NCBI GenBank assembly: GCA_964390725.1
Contig: CAYMIW010000010.1
Coordinates: forward strand, 1,721 to 65,720
Length of the DNA: 64,000 bases
DNA from: an uncultured Syntrophomonadaceae bacterium
GTDB lineage: Bacteria; Bacillota; Dethiobacteria; DTU022
Direction: 5' to 3'
The first letter of the stretch is position 1. Each line of letters begins with the position of its first letter. Below are positions 27,857 to 37,276 of this stretch, one piece after another. The notes under the pieces are model-generated. The model ran no database searches, had not been told where the DNA came from, and saw nothing but the letters and a program-made list of their open reading frames with translations. The translations under genes and the position numbers were made by a program.

Positions 27857-29416
27857 GTGTCTGCAGGTAGCTTTAGCGATTCATACGATGCAGTAGTAAT
27901 CGGCGCAGGTAATGGTGGGCTGGTTGCCGCAGCAACCCTGGCAGAAAAAGGTATTAAAACAATTTTGTTTGAACAGCATAACCTGCCGGGAGGATTTGCA
28001 ACAAGCTTTACCAGGGGGAGATTTGAATTCGAGCCTTCATTACATGAGATATCTGATTTTGGTCCCCCCGAAGACAAGGGTAATGTGCGTATATTACTCG
28101 AAGACAGGATCGGGATTGATGCAGAATGGATGAGAGTGCCCGAGGCTTACAGGTTAATTATTCCCAATGATGTTGGCGGAAGAATTGATGCAGTAATGCC
28201 TTTTGGCGAAGAAGCGTTTCTCGATAAAATGGAAGAATATGTGCCAGGGTCCCGTCCTTCTGTGGTCAGGTTCATCCGTTTATGCAAGGAGGTGGTTGAT
28301 GCTTTTACCTACCTTGGCCAATCCAAGGGCAATCCTGACCGGAAAGTTTTAACCGGTGAGTATGCCAACTTCCTTAAAACTGCTTCTTATACCCTCCAGG
28401 ATGTCCTTGATGCGGTAAAAATGCCCTACAGGGCACAGAAAATAATCACCGCCTATTGGTGTTACCTGGGACTCGGGGTAGACCTGGTGAATTTTTCAAT
28501 CTTTGCGGCCATGTTCTACCGTTATATTACCAGGGAAGCTTTTATCCCCAGGTACCGGTCACACGGTTATACTGCAGCCCTTGAAATGAAAATAAGGGAG
28601 TTAGGGGGAGAGATTCAATATAACACCAGGGTCGACAAAATATTGGTTGAAGATGGTCGGATTACAGGTGTAGAAACAGCACAGGGTGATAAAATCAAAA
28701 CTACCCGGGTAATCGCCAATGCCTCACCTCACTCCGTATACAGCAAGTTGATATACCCTCAGTCTGCAGTTCCGGTAATTGCCTATCAAACCTGTAATGC
28801 CAGGAAAGTCGGGTTTTCAGCTTTCGTGGTTTACCTCGGTCTTGATAAAAGCGCTCGCGAGTTGAATATTGATGAATACAGCTACTTCGTTTACAGTATT
28901 CCGGATACCAATCATATTTATGATGCCTTCCATCGCCTGGAAAGGCCTGTTGGCCAGGCCACTGTATGCTTGAACAACGCCATACCCGATTGCTCTCCGG
29001 AAGGAACCAGCATTTTATACCTGACAACCCTGTTTGACGGTGACTGCTGGAGCAATGTGGAGCCCCGGGATTATTTCAATCTGAAAAATAAAATTGCTGA
29101 AGAAATGATTGACGAGTTTGAAAAAGCGGTAGGTGTTAATGTCCGGGACAGCATTGAGGAGATAGAAGTGGCAACCCCGGCAACCTTTGCCGGCTACACA
29201 GGTGCTTACAATGGCAGTGTTTACGGTTATGAACCTGTTCCCTGGGATTCAATAGTGCCGAGAATGATGACCATGAATGATGAAAAGTATATCAGCGGTC
29301 TTGAATTTGCCGGTGGTTTTGCCTTCAGGTGCCACGGTTATTCGAGTTCCCTGCAGTCCGGTGAAACAGCGGCCCTGTTAACGTTCAGGGATTTGATGGA
29401 GGTGAAAAGCCAATGA
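27857..29416 (+). CDS. Phytoene desaturase / retinol saturase-like FAD oxidoreductase
   Basis: YDAVVIGAGNGGL, EQHNLPGG..F.RGRFEFE.SLH, IEEIEVATPAT..GSVYG. Start probably GTG 27857 behind AGGAGG. Confidence 0.8.
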   Translation: MSAGSFSDSYDAVVIGAGNGGLVAAATLAEKGIKTILFEQHNLPGGFATSFTRGRFEFEPSLHEISDFGPPEDKGNVRILLEDRIGIDAEWMRVPEAYRLIIPNDVGGRIDAVMPFGEEAFLDKMEEYVPGSRPSVVRFIRLCKEVVDAFTYLGQSKGNPDRKVLTGEYANFLKTASYTLQDVLDAVKMPYRAQKIITAYWCYLGLGVDLVNFSIFAAMFYRYITREAFIPRYRSHGYTAALEMKIRELGGEIQYNTRVDKILVEDGRITGVETAQGDKIKTTRVIANASPHSVYSKLIYPQSAVPVIAYQTCNARKVGFSAFVVYLGLDKSARELNIDEYSYFVYSIPDTNHIYDAFHRLERPVGQATVCLNNAIPDCSPEGTSILYLTTLFDGDCWSNVEPRDYFNLKNKIAEEMIDEFEKAVGVNVRDSIEEIEVATPATFAGYTGAYNGSVYGYEPVPWDSIVPRMMTMNDEKYISGLEFAGGFAFRCHGYSSSLQSGETAALLTFRDLMEVKSQ

Positions 29417-30642
29417 CCAGGGAAAAGATTAATATAAAAATTAAACCGTTCGGTTTTCTGGACCTGTTAGCTTTTAAAAAATTGGTTCCGACAAGGAAAA
29501 AGAAAATAGCAACGGCTGAGGTTACACCTGTTTCAGAAAAACCTCCGGTAAATGTTCTCGCTGCCCGGCTCCATCCGGAGGTGCAGCACCTGATCGTTTC
29601 TGAAATCCGGGAAGAAACCGGAAATGTTAAAACGTATAAGCTGGTTGCCGATGCTGCCGGGGGGACCGAACAGCTGGCCTATTTCCGCCCGGGCCAGTAT
29701 CTGAGCCTGGAATTCGCCATAGATGGCTCAACAGTGACCAGGCCCTATTCAATCGCTTCTTCGCCGCAGGATTCCCTGCAGGGTTATTATGAAATCACAG
29801 TTAAAAAAGATGATGGTGGTTACATATCAAATTATATACACGAACATTGGTCTGCAGGTTCTGCTGTAAAGGCCAGTGGGCCCCAGGGGCATTTTTATCA
29901 TGATAACCTGAGGGATAAAAACAACCTGGTTGCCATTGCCGGGGGTTGTGGCGTTACCCCATTCAGGTCTATGGCCAGGAGTATTGTCGAAGGCAATTTG
30001 CCTGTTAACCTAACCCTTTTCTACGGCAGCAATAAAAAACAGGATATCATTTACCTGGAAGAGATGGAGCAGCTGGCTGCCTCATCAAACGGTGCGGTCA
30101 AAATAGTGCATATTCTTGCCGAGGAAGAGGCGGAAGGGTTTGAGCATGGCTTTATTTCGGCTGCTTTGCTCAGGAAGTATGTTAATGTAGATGATTGCTC
30201 TTTCTTTATCTGCGGACCCCAGGCCATGTATGAACACCTCAGCACCGAGATTGCCGGGCTGAAGATCAGAAATAAATTTATCAGGAGGGAGCTGTTCGGA
30301 GAAATCAAGAACATTAAAGCTGTCAAAGGTTACCCCGCCGGGGCAGTATCAGAAAATTATTCTGTTAAGGTTCATATCGGCAGCCAGGTAAAAGTAATTG
30401 ATGCTGATCCATCCGAGTCGCTGCTGGTAGCCCTGGAAAGAGCCGGTCTCTGCCCTCCTTCCGCCTGTAGGAGCGGTTCCTGCGGGGTATGCCGTTCTCT
30501 GCTGATCTCGGGTGATCTGTTTATTCCTGAAGATGTAGATGAAAGAAGAGCGGCGGATAAAAAGTTCGGGTTTATTCATCCCTGTGTATCTTATCCTCTT
30601 GGCGACCTTGAAATAATTATACCCAGAAAAAAGACAGGTTAA
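29413..30642 (+). CDS. FNR-type reductase with C-terminal [2Fe-2S] ferredoxin
   Basis: RPYSIAS, GYIS, AGGCGVTPF, FICGP, CRSGSCGVC..C. Confidence 0.88.
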   Translation: MTREKINIKIKPFGFLDLLAFKKLVPTRKKKIATAEVTPVSEKPPVNVLAARLHPEVQHLIVSEIREETGNVKTYKLVADAAGGTEQLAYFRPGQYLSLEFAIDGSTVTRPYSIASSPQDSLQGYYEITVKKDDGGYISNYIHEHWSAGSAVKASGPQGHFYHDNLRDKNNLVAIAGGCGVTPFRSMARSIVEGNLPVNLTLFYGSNKKQDIIYLEEMEQLAASSNGAVKIVHILAEEEAEGFEHGFISAALLRKYVNVDDCSFFICGPQAMYEHLSTEIAGLKIRNKFIRRELFGEIKNIKAVKGYPAGAVSENYSVKVHIGSQVKVIDADPSESLLVALERAGLCPPSACRSGSCGVCRSLLISGDLFIPEDVDERRAADKKFGFIHPCVSYPLGDLEIIIPRKKTG

Positions 30643-30670
30643 TTGTTATTTACAATTGAAGCTGATAGAA

Positions 30671-30701
30671 GAAGAAGCAGTAGTAACCCTACTGCTTCTT
30701 C
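30671..30701. terminator. Hairpin after the reductase gene
   Basis: GAAGAAGCAGTAG-TAACC-CTACTGCTTCTTC, perfect 13-bp stem. Confidence 0.7.
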
Positions 30702-30798
30702 AGATTGCGGTTTAAATGTGCTGTTATTTCTGATAAGCTGTTTATAATAAAATTTACTAATTAGCTGACATAATTAAATAATGCGGAGGTTAAAGTGT

Positions 30799-31518
30799 AT
30801 GGAAGCCGGTTTTTCAAAAATTAAAGCAGAAGGCCTTAAAGAGCTTTTTGTTAAAGATATAGAGGCAAAAATAATATCGGGTCAGTTAAGCCCGGGGGAG
30901 AAGCTGCCTGCAGAGCGAGAACTGGCAGCAATGACCGGGGTTAGCAGAAGTATAGTTAATTCAGGTATCCTTGAACTGGCTTCAAAAGGTTTTGTCAGGG
31001 TTATTCCGAGAAGAGGTACCATAGTAAAGGATTATAAGAATGAAGGAACGTCTTCAATACTTTCTTCAATCATGAACTATCATCAAGGAAAACTAAACCT
31101 CAGACTTTTCAATAACATGATGGATACCCGGTTGCTGATCGAGGTGGAATGCGCCGGGCTTGCTGCGATAAACAGGACTGAAGAAGACCTGATAATTCTC
31201 GGGAGCTTAATAAAAAATGCTAAAGGAGAAAATGGAATCGAAAGCAGGGTTGATTGCAACTATAATTTTCATCACCGCATTACCATTGCTTCCGGCAACA
31301 TGGTTTACGCCATGATATTTAAATCATTTGAGCCGGCATGCAAAAATCTGATCCGCTATTATTTTCAGACAGGTGATTACCTGGAGCAATCATTGGCGTC
31401 CCATTTAACCCTGCTTGAAGCGCTCACGAAACAAAATGAAGAAAAAGCCAGGCAAACTATGGAACAAATATTACTGGAAGGCAGGGACAAGCTGGCCAGG
31501 GTTGCCGTAACAGAATAG
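30799..31518 (+). CDS. GntR/FadR-family regulator
   Basis: GEKLPAERELA..VSRS..G wHTH plus FCD-type C-terminus (FHHRI..SGN). Start ATG 30799 after GGAGGT. Confidence 0.9.
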   Translation: MEAGFSKIKAEGLKELFVKDIEAKIISGQLSPGEKLPAERELAAMTGVSRSIVNSGILELASKGFVRVIPRRGTIVKDYKNEGTSSILSSIMNYHQGKLNLRLFNNMMDTRLLIEVECAGLAAINRTEEDLIILGSLIKNAKGENGIESRVDCNYNFHHRITIASGNMVYAMIFKSFEPACKNLIRYYFQTGDYLEQSLASHLTLLEALTKQNEEKARQTMEQILLEGRDKLARVAVTE

Positions 31519-31592
31519 ACCTAAGCTGCCTGGAATGGAGTAAAAAAGTTTTAAATAATTGCTATTGAACGTCTGGGAACCGGGGGATAACG

Positions 31593-32516
31593 ATGGAACC
31601 TGTATTAAAGGTAATAGATCTGGCTAAAAGTTTTGGTGCGAAAACTGCTGTTGACGGAATTAATTTTTCCGTAACACGTGGTGAAGTAATGGGTTTATTG
31701 GGCCCTAACGGGGCTGGTAAAACTACTGCAATTAGGATGATAATGGGCATTCTGCCGGCCGATCGGGGTGAGGTAATCTTCAACCTGGATGGTTATAGCG
31801 GTAAAATTGACAAAACTGCTGTCGGTTATCTGCCCGAAGAAAGAGGATTATATGATGATGCAAAGGTTTTGGATAACCTGGTTTATCTTTCGGGTTTAAA
31901 AGGAATACCGCGGACTGAAGCCGTAAAAGAAGGAATGCTCTGGTTGGAAAGGCTGGATCTGGCCGATTATGCTGCACAAAAACTCGAGAAATTATCAAAG
32001 GGTATGCAGCAAAAGGTTCAGTTTATTGCTTCTATATTGCATGAGCCCCGCCTGGTGTTCTTCGATGAACCTTTTTCCGGTCTCGATCCAGTTAACCAGG
32101 ATTTCATAAAAGATATTATCCATGAGTTGCAGTCAAAGGGTATAACAATATTGCTTTCTGCGCACCAGATGAACCTGGTTGAAGAACTGTGCGATAATAT
32201 TTTCCTGATTAACCACGGACGTGAGATTCTTTCCGGCAGCCTGCGCGAAATAAAACAGAGCTACAGGGAAGATTTAATTGAACTGCGCTTTAACCCCGGT
32301 GGAGATAGCACATTTACAACCAAAATCCCGGGCATGCGTATAGTTAAAGAACAGCCCGGGTACCTTTCCCTGCGTTATGGAGGCACCTTGAGCAAGAGGG
32401 AATTGCTGCAGCAGATCAGCAGCAGTATTGAAATTGAAGAAATATCGGTAGAAAAGCCCCCCTTGCATGAAATATTTATTGAAACGGTAAAGAAAAGGGG
32501 TGATGCTGATGAATAG
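31593..32516 (+). CDS. ABC transporter ATP-binding protein (NatA/YhaQ-like)
   Basis: GPNGAGKTT, LSKGMQQK, FFDEPFSGLDP, C-terminal PPLHEIFI. Confidence 0.92.
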   Translation: MEPVLKVIDLAKSFGAKTAVDGINFSVTRGEVMGLLGPNGAGKTTAIRMIMGILPADRGEVIFNLDGYSGKIDKTAVGYLPEERGLYDDAKVLDNLVYLSGLKGIPRTEAVKEGMLWLERLDLADYAAQKLEKLSKGMQQKVQFIASILHEPRLVFFDEPFSGLDPVNQDFIKDIIHELQSKGITILLSAHQMNLVEELCDNIFLINHGREILSGSLREIKQSYREDLIELRFNPGGDSTFTTKIPGMRIVKEQPGYLSLRYGGTLSKRELLQQISSSIEIEEISVEKPPLHEIFIETVKKRGDADE

Positions 32517-33708
32517 AAAGAACACCATGAAAGTGGCAAGCTGGGAATTTATAAAAAACCTGAAAAGCCCAACATTCCTGATTCTTACCTTCATCTTCCC
32601 CCTGATCATGCTGGTTGCAGGTGGAATAGGAGCTATTGCCGGCATTACTTCTTCCCTTGAAGAACAAACGGTCGCGGTAATTGATGAGACGGGGCAACTT
32701 TTTGATATATTGGAGGATAACCTTGATTCCACGCCGGTCGAGGTGGTCCTTATTTCAGACGGACAGCAGGAACAGGCCAGGGAGGATGTAGAAGAAGGCC
32801 TTTATAACGGCCTGCTTCACCTGACCGAAGATAATCTGACTGCTGGTTCAGTCAGCTATTATGTTAAAGATAGCCGAGACCAGAATACGGGCCATTTGTC
32901 AGGTGCTCTCCGTTCCGCAGTAACAACTTACCGCCTGGAATCCCTGGGTCTTTCCGGGGAAGATATAGAACAGGCGACAGCAACAGTAAGTCTGCAGACA
33001 CTATCCTTTGCTGGCGAAGAGGCCTCGCTGGCTGCCCTTTTTTTGCCTCTCGCCATTGGAATGCTCCTGATATTTTCGGTAATGTTTTCCGGCCAGGTTT
33101 TAATGTATGGTGTAATCAAGGAAAAGCGCAACCGCATAGTTGAAATTTTGCTTTCCTCCATTACTTCACTGGAACTGCTGATGGGTAAATTAATCGGATT
33201 TGCCGCACTCGGGCTGCTCCAGATTTTGATCTGGTTAACAGTGGCTCTTTTGGTGGCGGGAAGCTTTTTTGACCTGCGCCAGGTTTCCCTGTCCATGTCT
33301 GATCTGGTTCCTTTGGTGATGTTTTTTATCGGGGGCTACCTGCTGTTTTCCTCGCTTTTTGCTACCATGGGCGCTACCATGAAGGATGCCGAGGGTGGCA
33401 GCCAGACCCAGGGCCTGGTTGTGCTGATTCCCATGATTCCATTGTTTGCCTCGGGCGCTATTATAATAACTCCCAACGCTGCCTGGGTTAAGATCTTGAG
33501 CTTTATCCCCATATTTACCCCGGTAACCATGTTAATGCGCCTGGCTGCAACAACAGTACCCTGGTGGGAAATCATCTTAACATTCATCATCCTGATTATT
33601 GCAGTTATATTTTTTATTATCATTGGTGCGCGAATCTTCAGCAGAAGTATTCTGCAGTATGAAAGAACCCTTTCTTTCAAAGAAATCCGCCGCATGCTTA
33701 AAAAATAA
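32500..33708 (+). CDS. ABC-2 permease (NatB/YhaP-like)
   Basis: EKRNRIVEILLSS..GKLIG; multiple TMs with an extracytoplasmic loop. Confidence 0.88.
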   Translation: MMLMNRKNTMKVASWEFIKNLKSPTFLILTFIFPLIMLVAGGIGAIAGITSSLEEQTVAVIDETGQLFDILEDNLDSTPVEVVLISDGQQEQAREDVEEGLYNGLLHLTEDNLTAGSVSYYVKDSRDQNTGHLSGALRSAVTTYRLESLGLSGEDIEQATATVSLQTLSFAGEEASLAALFLPLAIGMLLIFSVMFSGQVLMYGVIKEKRNRIVEILLSSITSLELLMGKLIGFAALGLLQILIWLTVALLVAGSFFDLRQVSLSMSDLVPLVMFFIGGYLLFSSLFATMGATMKDAEGGSQTQGLVVLIPMIPLFASGAIIITPNAAWVKILSFIPIFTPVTMLMRLAATTVPWWEIILTFIILIIAVIFFIIIGARIFSRSILQYERTLSFKEIRRMLKK

Positions 33709-33711
33709 TAA

Positions 33712-33887
33712 TAAGACAAGGGACGGTTCTCTGTCTTAAGTTGTTCGCATCAGTTCCTGAAAGTTGCATTCTTGCCATATCTGCCGAATCGATTAAGCAA
33801 TAAATATTATTTTCAGTTCGGTTTTCAATCACTTTGGTGGCGAATTCGTTTTTACCATAAGACAGAGAACCGTCCCCTGTCTTATGG
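33712..33887. repeat. Inverted pair of REP-like hairpin repeats
   Basis: TAAGACAAGGGACGGTTCTCTGTCTTA (33712-33738) is the reverse complement of TAAGACAGAGAACCGTCCCCTGTCTTA (33858-33884) at 26/27 nt; each copy is itself a hairpin. Confidence 0.8.
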
Positions 33888-33976
33888 TTTTGCAGGAATC
33901 AGCGGTAGAATGGTTGAAATACACTTAGTGCCGGAAAGCGGCAAGGAAGTCAATTGTTTTTAGAACGGGGGACCAA

Positions 33977-34780
33977 ATGACAACAGCTGCTCCTGACAAA
34001 AAGAAACTACGTCCGCCGCTTAAATGGGCAGGTGGTAAAAGGTGGCTTGTGGAACGGCTACGCCCGTTATGGATTTCGCACCGGAAGCGCCGCCTTGTTG
34101 AGCCCCTGTGTGGAGGGCTGGCAATTACTCTTGGCCTGATTCCGGATAAGGCTTTATTAAATGACAATAATCCACACCTGATCAACTTTTTCAGCTGGGT
34201 AAGTGAAGGGTTGATCATCGATTTGCCCATGCGAAATGACAAAGACCTTTATTATAATTACCGTGAACGTTTCAACCGCCTGGTAGACGAAGGCAGAGCC
34301 GAAACCAGGGAGGCAGCCATGCTTTTTTATTACCTGAACCGAACTGGCTATAACGGCCTCTGCCGTTTTAATAAAAAGGGTGTTTTCAATGTACCCTTTG
34401 GCAGCTATAAAAAAATTAACTACCTCTGCGACTTTACGGGTTATAAAGAGCAATTTGCTAAATGGCAGTTTTCATGCGGCGACTTTGAAGATCTTACGCT
34501 TGATACTGAAGACTTTATCTACGCCGATCCGCCGTATGACGTTGATTTTACTCATTATACTGCAGGAGGTTTTAGCTGGCCCGATCAGGTCAGGCTGGCC
34601 CACTGGCTGGTGGCCCATCCGGGTCCGGTTCTCCTTTCCAGCCAGGCGACCGAACGTATCATAAAACTTTATAGCAGCTTAAATTTTGAATTGGAGTATC
34701 TTGATGCGCCGCGCCTGATCAGTTGCAGTGGGGATCGGTCATCAGCCAGGGAAATATTAGCCTTCAGGGGTTTATATTGA
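33977..34780 (+). CDS. dam: Dam/DpnM-like N6-adenine DNA methyltransferase (probably GATC)
   Basis: PPLKWAGGK, YLNRTGYNGLCRFNKKGVFNVPFG, YADPPY. Confidence 0.88.
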   Translation: MTTAAPDKKKLRPPLKWAGGKRWLVERLRPLWISHRKRRLVEPLCGGLAITLGLIPDKALLNDNNPHLINFFSWVSEGLIIDLPMRNDKDLYYNYRERFNRLVDEGRAETREAAMLFYYLNRTGYNGLCRFNKKGVFNVPFGSYKKINYLCDFTGYKEQFAKWQFSCGDFEDLTLDTEDFIYADPPYDVDFTHYTAGGFSWPDQVRLAHWLVAHPGPVLLSSQATERIIKLYSSLNFELEYLDAPRLISCSGDRSSAREILAFRGLY

Positions 34781-35021
34781 GCATTAAAATAATTTACGGG
34801 GATATTATACTTTAAATATTCTACCGGACAATATTTGTCTTTTTCATTGAAACCATGTATGTTGTGATGTATGCCCAAATGCTGCACTCTCCTCCCTTCT
34901 CCATTTATATAAGACGCTAACAAGAAGAACAACCCTGCAGAAATAATATTTTGTTATCATCTGCGCTTTATGCAATAATAAAGGGCATACATCTTTTTGC
35001 AGGGGTAAGGAGTGGATTTAA

Positions 35022-36044
35022 ATGCTTGAGCTTAATGAAGTACATGATCGGGCCAGAAATGTTCTCAAAGGTATTTGCAGGGTTTGTCCAGTCTGCGATG
35101 GCAGATCCTGCCCAAGTGGTGTTCCCGGTATGGGTGGCAGGGGAAGCGGTAGCGCTTTCCGCAACAACAGGGCCGCTTTTGATCGCGTGCTGCTTAACCT
35201 GCGAACAATGCACAATGCAGTTGATCCCGAAACCAGTTATGATTTTTATGGAGTAAACCTGCAGCTTCCTGTAATGGGAGCGCCGATGTGTGAAACAACT
35301 TACAATTACCTGTCCCGGGTAGACGATTATGCTTTTATCCAAAGCCAGGTCCTGGGGGCTGAAAAAGCTGGTACCATTGCTTTTACCGGTGATTCACCCG
35401 ATCCATCCCTGTATAAAATGGGATTAAGATCAATACAGGAACATGCAGCAGGAAAAGGCATTCCCATAATTAAACCACGCCTGCCCGAAGAAATAATCAG
35501 GCACATCAGGATGGCTGAAGAAATTGGGGTAACGGCAGTCGGGATTGATATTGACGCGGCAGCCTTTGTTACTTTTGCCCGGGCAAACCGGCCTGTTGGA
35601 CCTCTCTCTGACAGTAAACTGCGCCAAATAGTCAAGTGTACTAATCTCCCGGTAATTCTCAAGGGCATAATGACAGCAGATGAGGCAGTGAAGGCGGTTT
35701 ATAGCGGGGCATCAGCGATTGTGGTATCAAATCATGGTGGCAGGGCACTGGACCACACTCCCGGTACAGCCGAAGTTTTACCTGAGATTGTATCTGCCGT
35801 TAAGGGTGAGATCAGGGTTTTAATCGATGGGGGAATCAGGTCTGGTGAAGATATTCTTAAAGCCCTGGCACTTGGAGCCGAAGCAGTATTAATCGGACGT
35901 CCGGTAGCAATTGCCGCTATTGGTGCGGAAGATGAAGGTGTTCACCTCTTGTTCGAACAGTATAAAAAGGAACTGAAACATGCCATGCTCTTAACCGGTT
36001 GCAGAAACCTGGCTTCAATAGGGCCACAGGTAATCAGATATTAA
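35022..36044 (+). CDS. FMN-dependent alpha-hydroxy acid oxidase/dehydrogenase with N-terminal Cys cluster
   Basis: CRVCPVCDGRSC; LKGI, SNHGGRALD, DGGIRSGEDILKALALGA, GRP. Confidence 0.88.
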   Translation: MLELNEVHDRARNVLKGICRVCPVCDGRSCPSGVPGMGGRGSGSAFRNNRAAFDRVLLNLRTMHNAVDPETSYDFYGVNLQLPVMGAPMCETTYNYLSRVDDYAFIQSQVLGAEKAGTIAFTGDSPDPSLYKMGLRSIQEHAAGKGIPIIKPRLPEEIIRHIRMAEEIGVTAVGIDIDAAAFVTFARANRPVGPLSDSKLRQIVKCTNLPVILKGIMTADEAVKAVYSGASAIVVSNHGGRALDHTPGTAEVLPEIVSAVKGEIRVLIDGGIRSGEDILKALALGAEAVLIGRPVAIAAIGAEDEGVHLLFEQYKKELKHAMLLTGCRNLASIGPQVIRY

Positions 36045-36129
36045 CCCTCAGCCTTGTGAAAAAAGCAGCTATTTCACAATTTCCCTTAATTGACTAACAT
36101 TATTACCATATTTTTGTGCTACTGTTATT

Positions 36130-37266
36130 TTGCGTGAACTAGCAAAGAAGGTGAAATTAATTAAAATACTTGGTTTTAAGCTTTTCAGGGTTATGAACAG
36201 CCTGCTGGGGCTGGCCCTGGGAATATCCCTTTTTTATCAGCTGGCACCATTTATTAACCGGTTTGTTGATATTCCGGCTGGGTATATCTCACCGATCAGC
36301 ATCGGCTATTATCTGTTTGGCGGCCTGTTTTCTGGATTGATCTTTTTTTTGCTGGCACCGCTTTTTTTTCGTTTTATTAAAAAAACAGTAGAGCGGACTG
36401 AAAATAAATTGATCAATGTATCTACCGGTGATCTGGTTCTTGTTGCCATGGCCTTTACAGTTACCCTGGTGATTGCTTTACTCGTGAGCTATTTTTTGCA
36501 TCGCATCCCGGTGGTTGGAGTTTTATTAGCGCCACTGGTGTCGTTGTTTGTTGTTTTCACCGGGGTTAAGTTTGCCTGGGCGAGAAGAAATGATTTTTCT
36601 TTTCTGTCCTCATTGTTTAAACGGGGTAGTTCTGAGCATGAAAACAACGGTGAAACATATAAGATTCTTGATACTAGCACTATTATTGATGGACGTATAG
36701 TTGACATCTGCAAATCGGGCTTCCTGGAAGGAGTAATTGTCGTAGCCGGATTTGTGCTGGCAGAGCTGCAGCATATAGCAGATTCGTCCGATTTGCTAAA
36801 ACGAAATCGCGGCCGTCGCGGCCTGGACGTTCTCAATACCATCCAGAAAGATTTAATTATACCGGTAAAGATTGATGAAACTGATTATGATGATCTGAAC
36901 GGTGTTGACAATAAGCTGATCAGGCTTGCGAAAGAACTCAGAGGCAAGATTATAACTAATGATAATAACCTATACAAGGTTTGCCGGCTTCAGGATGTTG
37001 CTGTTTTAAGTATCGGTGATTTAGCCCATGCAGTTAAACCCCTGGTGGCAACGGGTGAGGAAATGCTGGTCCAGGTGGTTAAAGAAGGCAAAGAAACAGG
37101 CCAGGGGTTGGCATACCTTGATGATGGAACAATGATAGTTGTAGAAAACGGGCGTAGCTTAATAGGTGATACTATTAGCGTAGTTGTCACCACTATTTTG
37201 CAGACTTCATCCGGGAGAATGATTTTCGCCAGGCCTGCAGAAACACCAGAAGAGATAGCAACCTAA
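36130..37266 (+). CDS. Membrane-anchored PIN/TRAM domain protein (YacL-like)
   Basis: TMs then ILDTSTIIDGRI..ELQHIADSSD.LKRNRGRRGLD, TND.NL, GKETGQGLAYLDDGTMIVVE..GRMIFA. Confidence 0.9.
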   Translation: MRELAKKVKLIKILGFKLFRVMNSLLGLALGISLFYQLAPFINRFVDIPAGYISPISIGYYLFGGLFSGLIFFLLAPLFFRFIKKTVERTENKLINVSTGDLVLVAMAFTVTLVIALLVSYFLHRIPVVGVLLAPLVSLFVVFTGVKFAWARRNDFSFLSSLFKRGSSEHENNGETYKILDTSTIIDGRIVDICKSGFLEGVIVVAGFVLAELQHIADSSDLLKRNRGRRGLDVLNTIQKDLIIPVKIDETDYDDLNGVDNKLIRLAKELRGKIITNDNNLYKVCRLQDVAVLSIGDLAHAVKPLVATGEEMLVQVVKEGKETGQGLAYLDDGTMIVVENGRSLIGDTISVVVTTILQTSSGRMIFARPAETPEEIAT

Positions 37267-37276
37267 GGAGATAAAT

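Noticed and set aside
33772-33963. 63-aa plus-strand ORF
   Set aside because: It runs through the REP copy, has no RBS and no motif.
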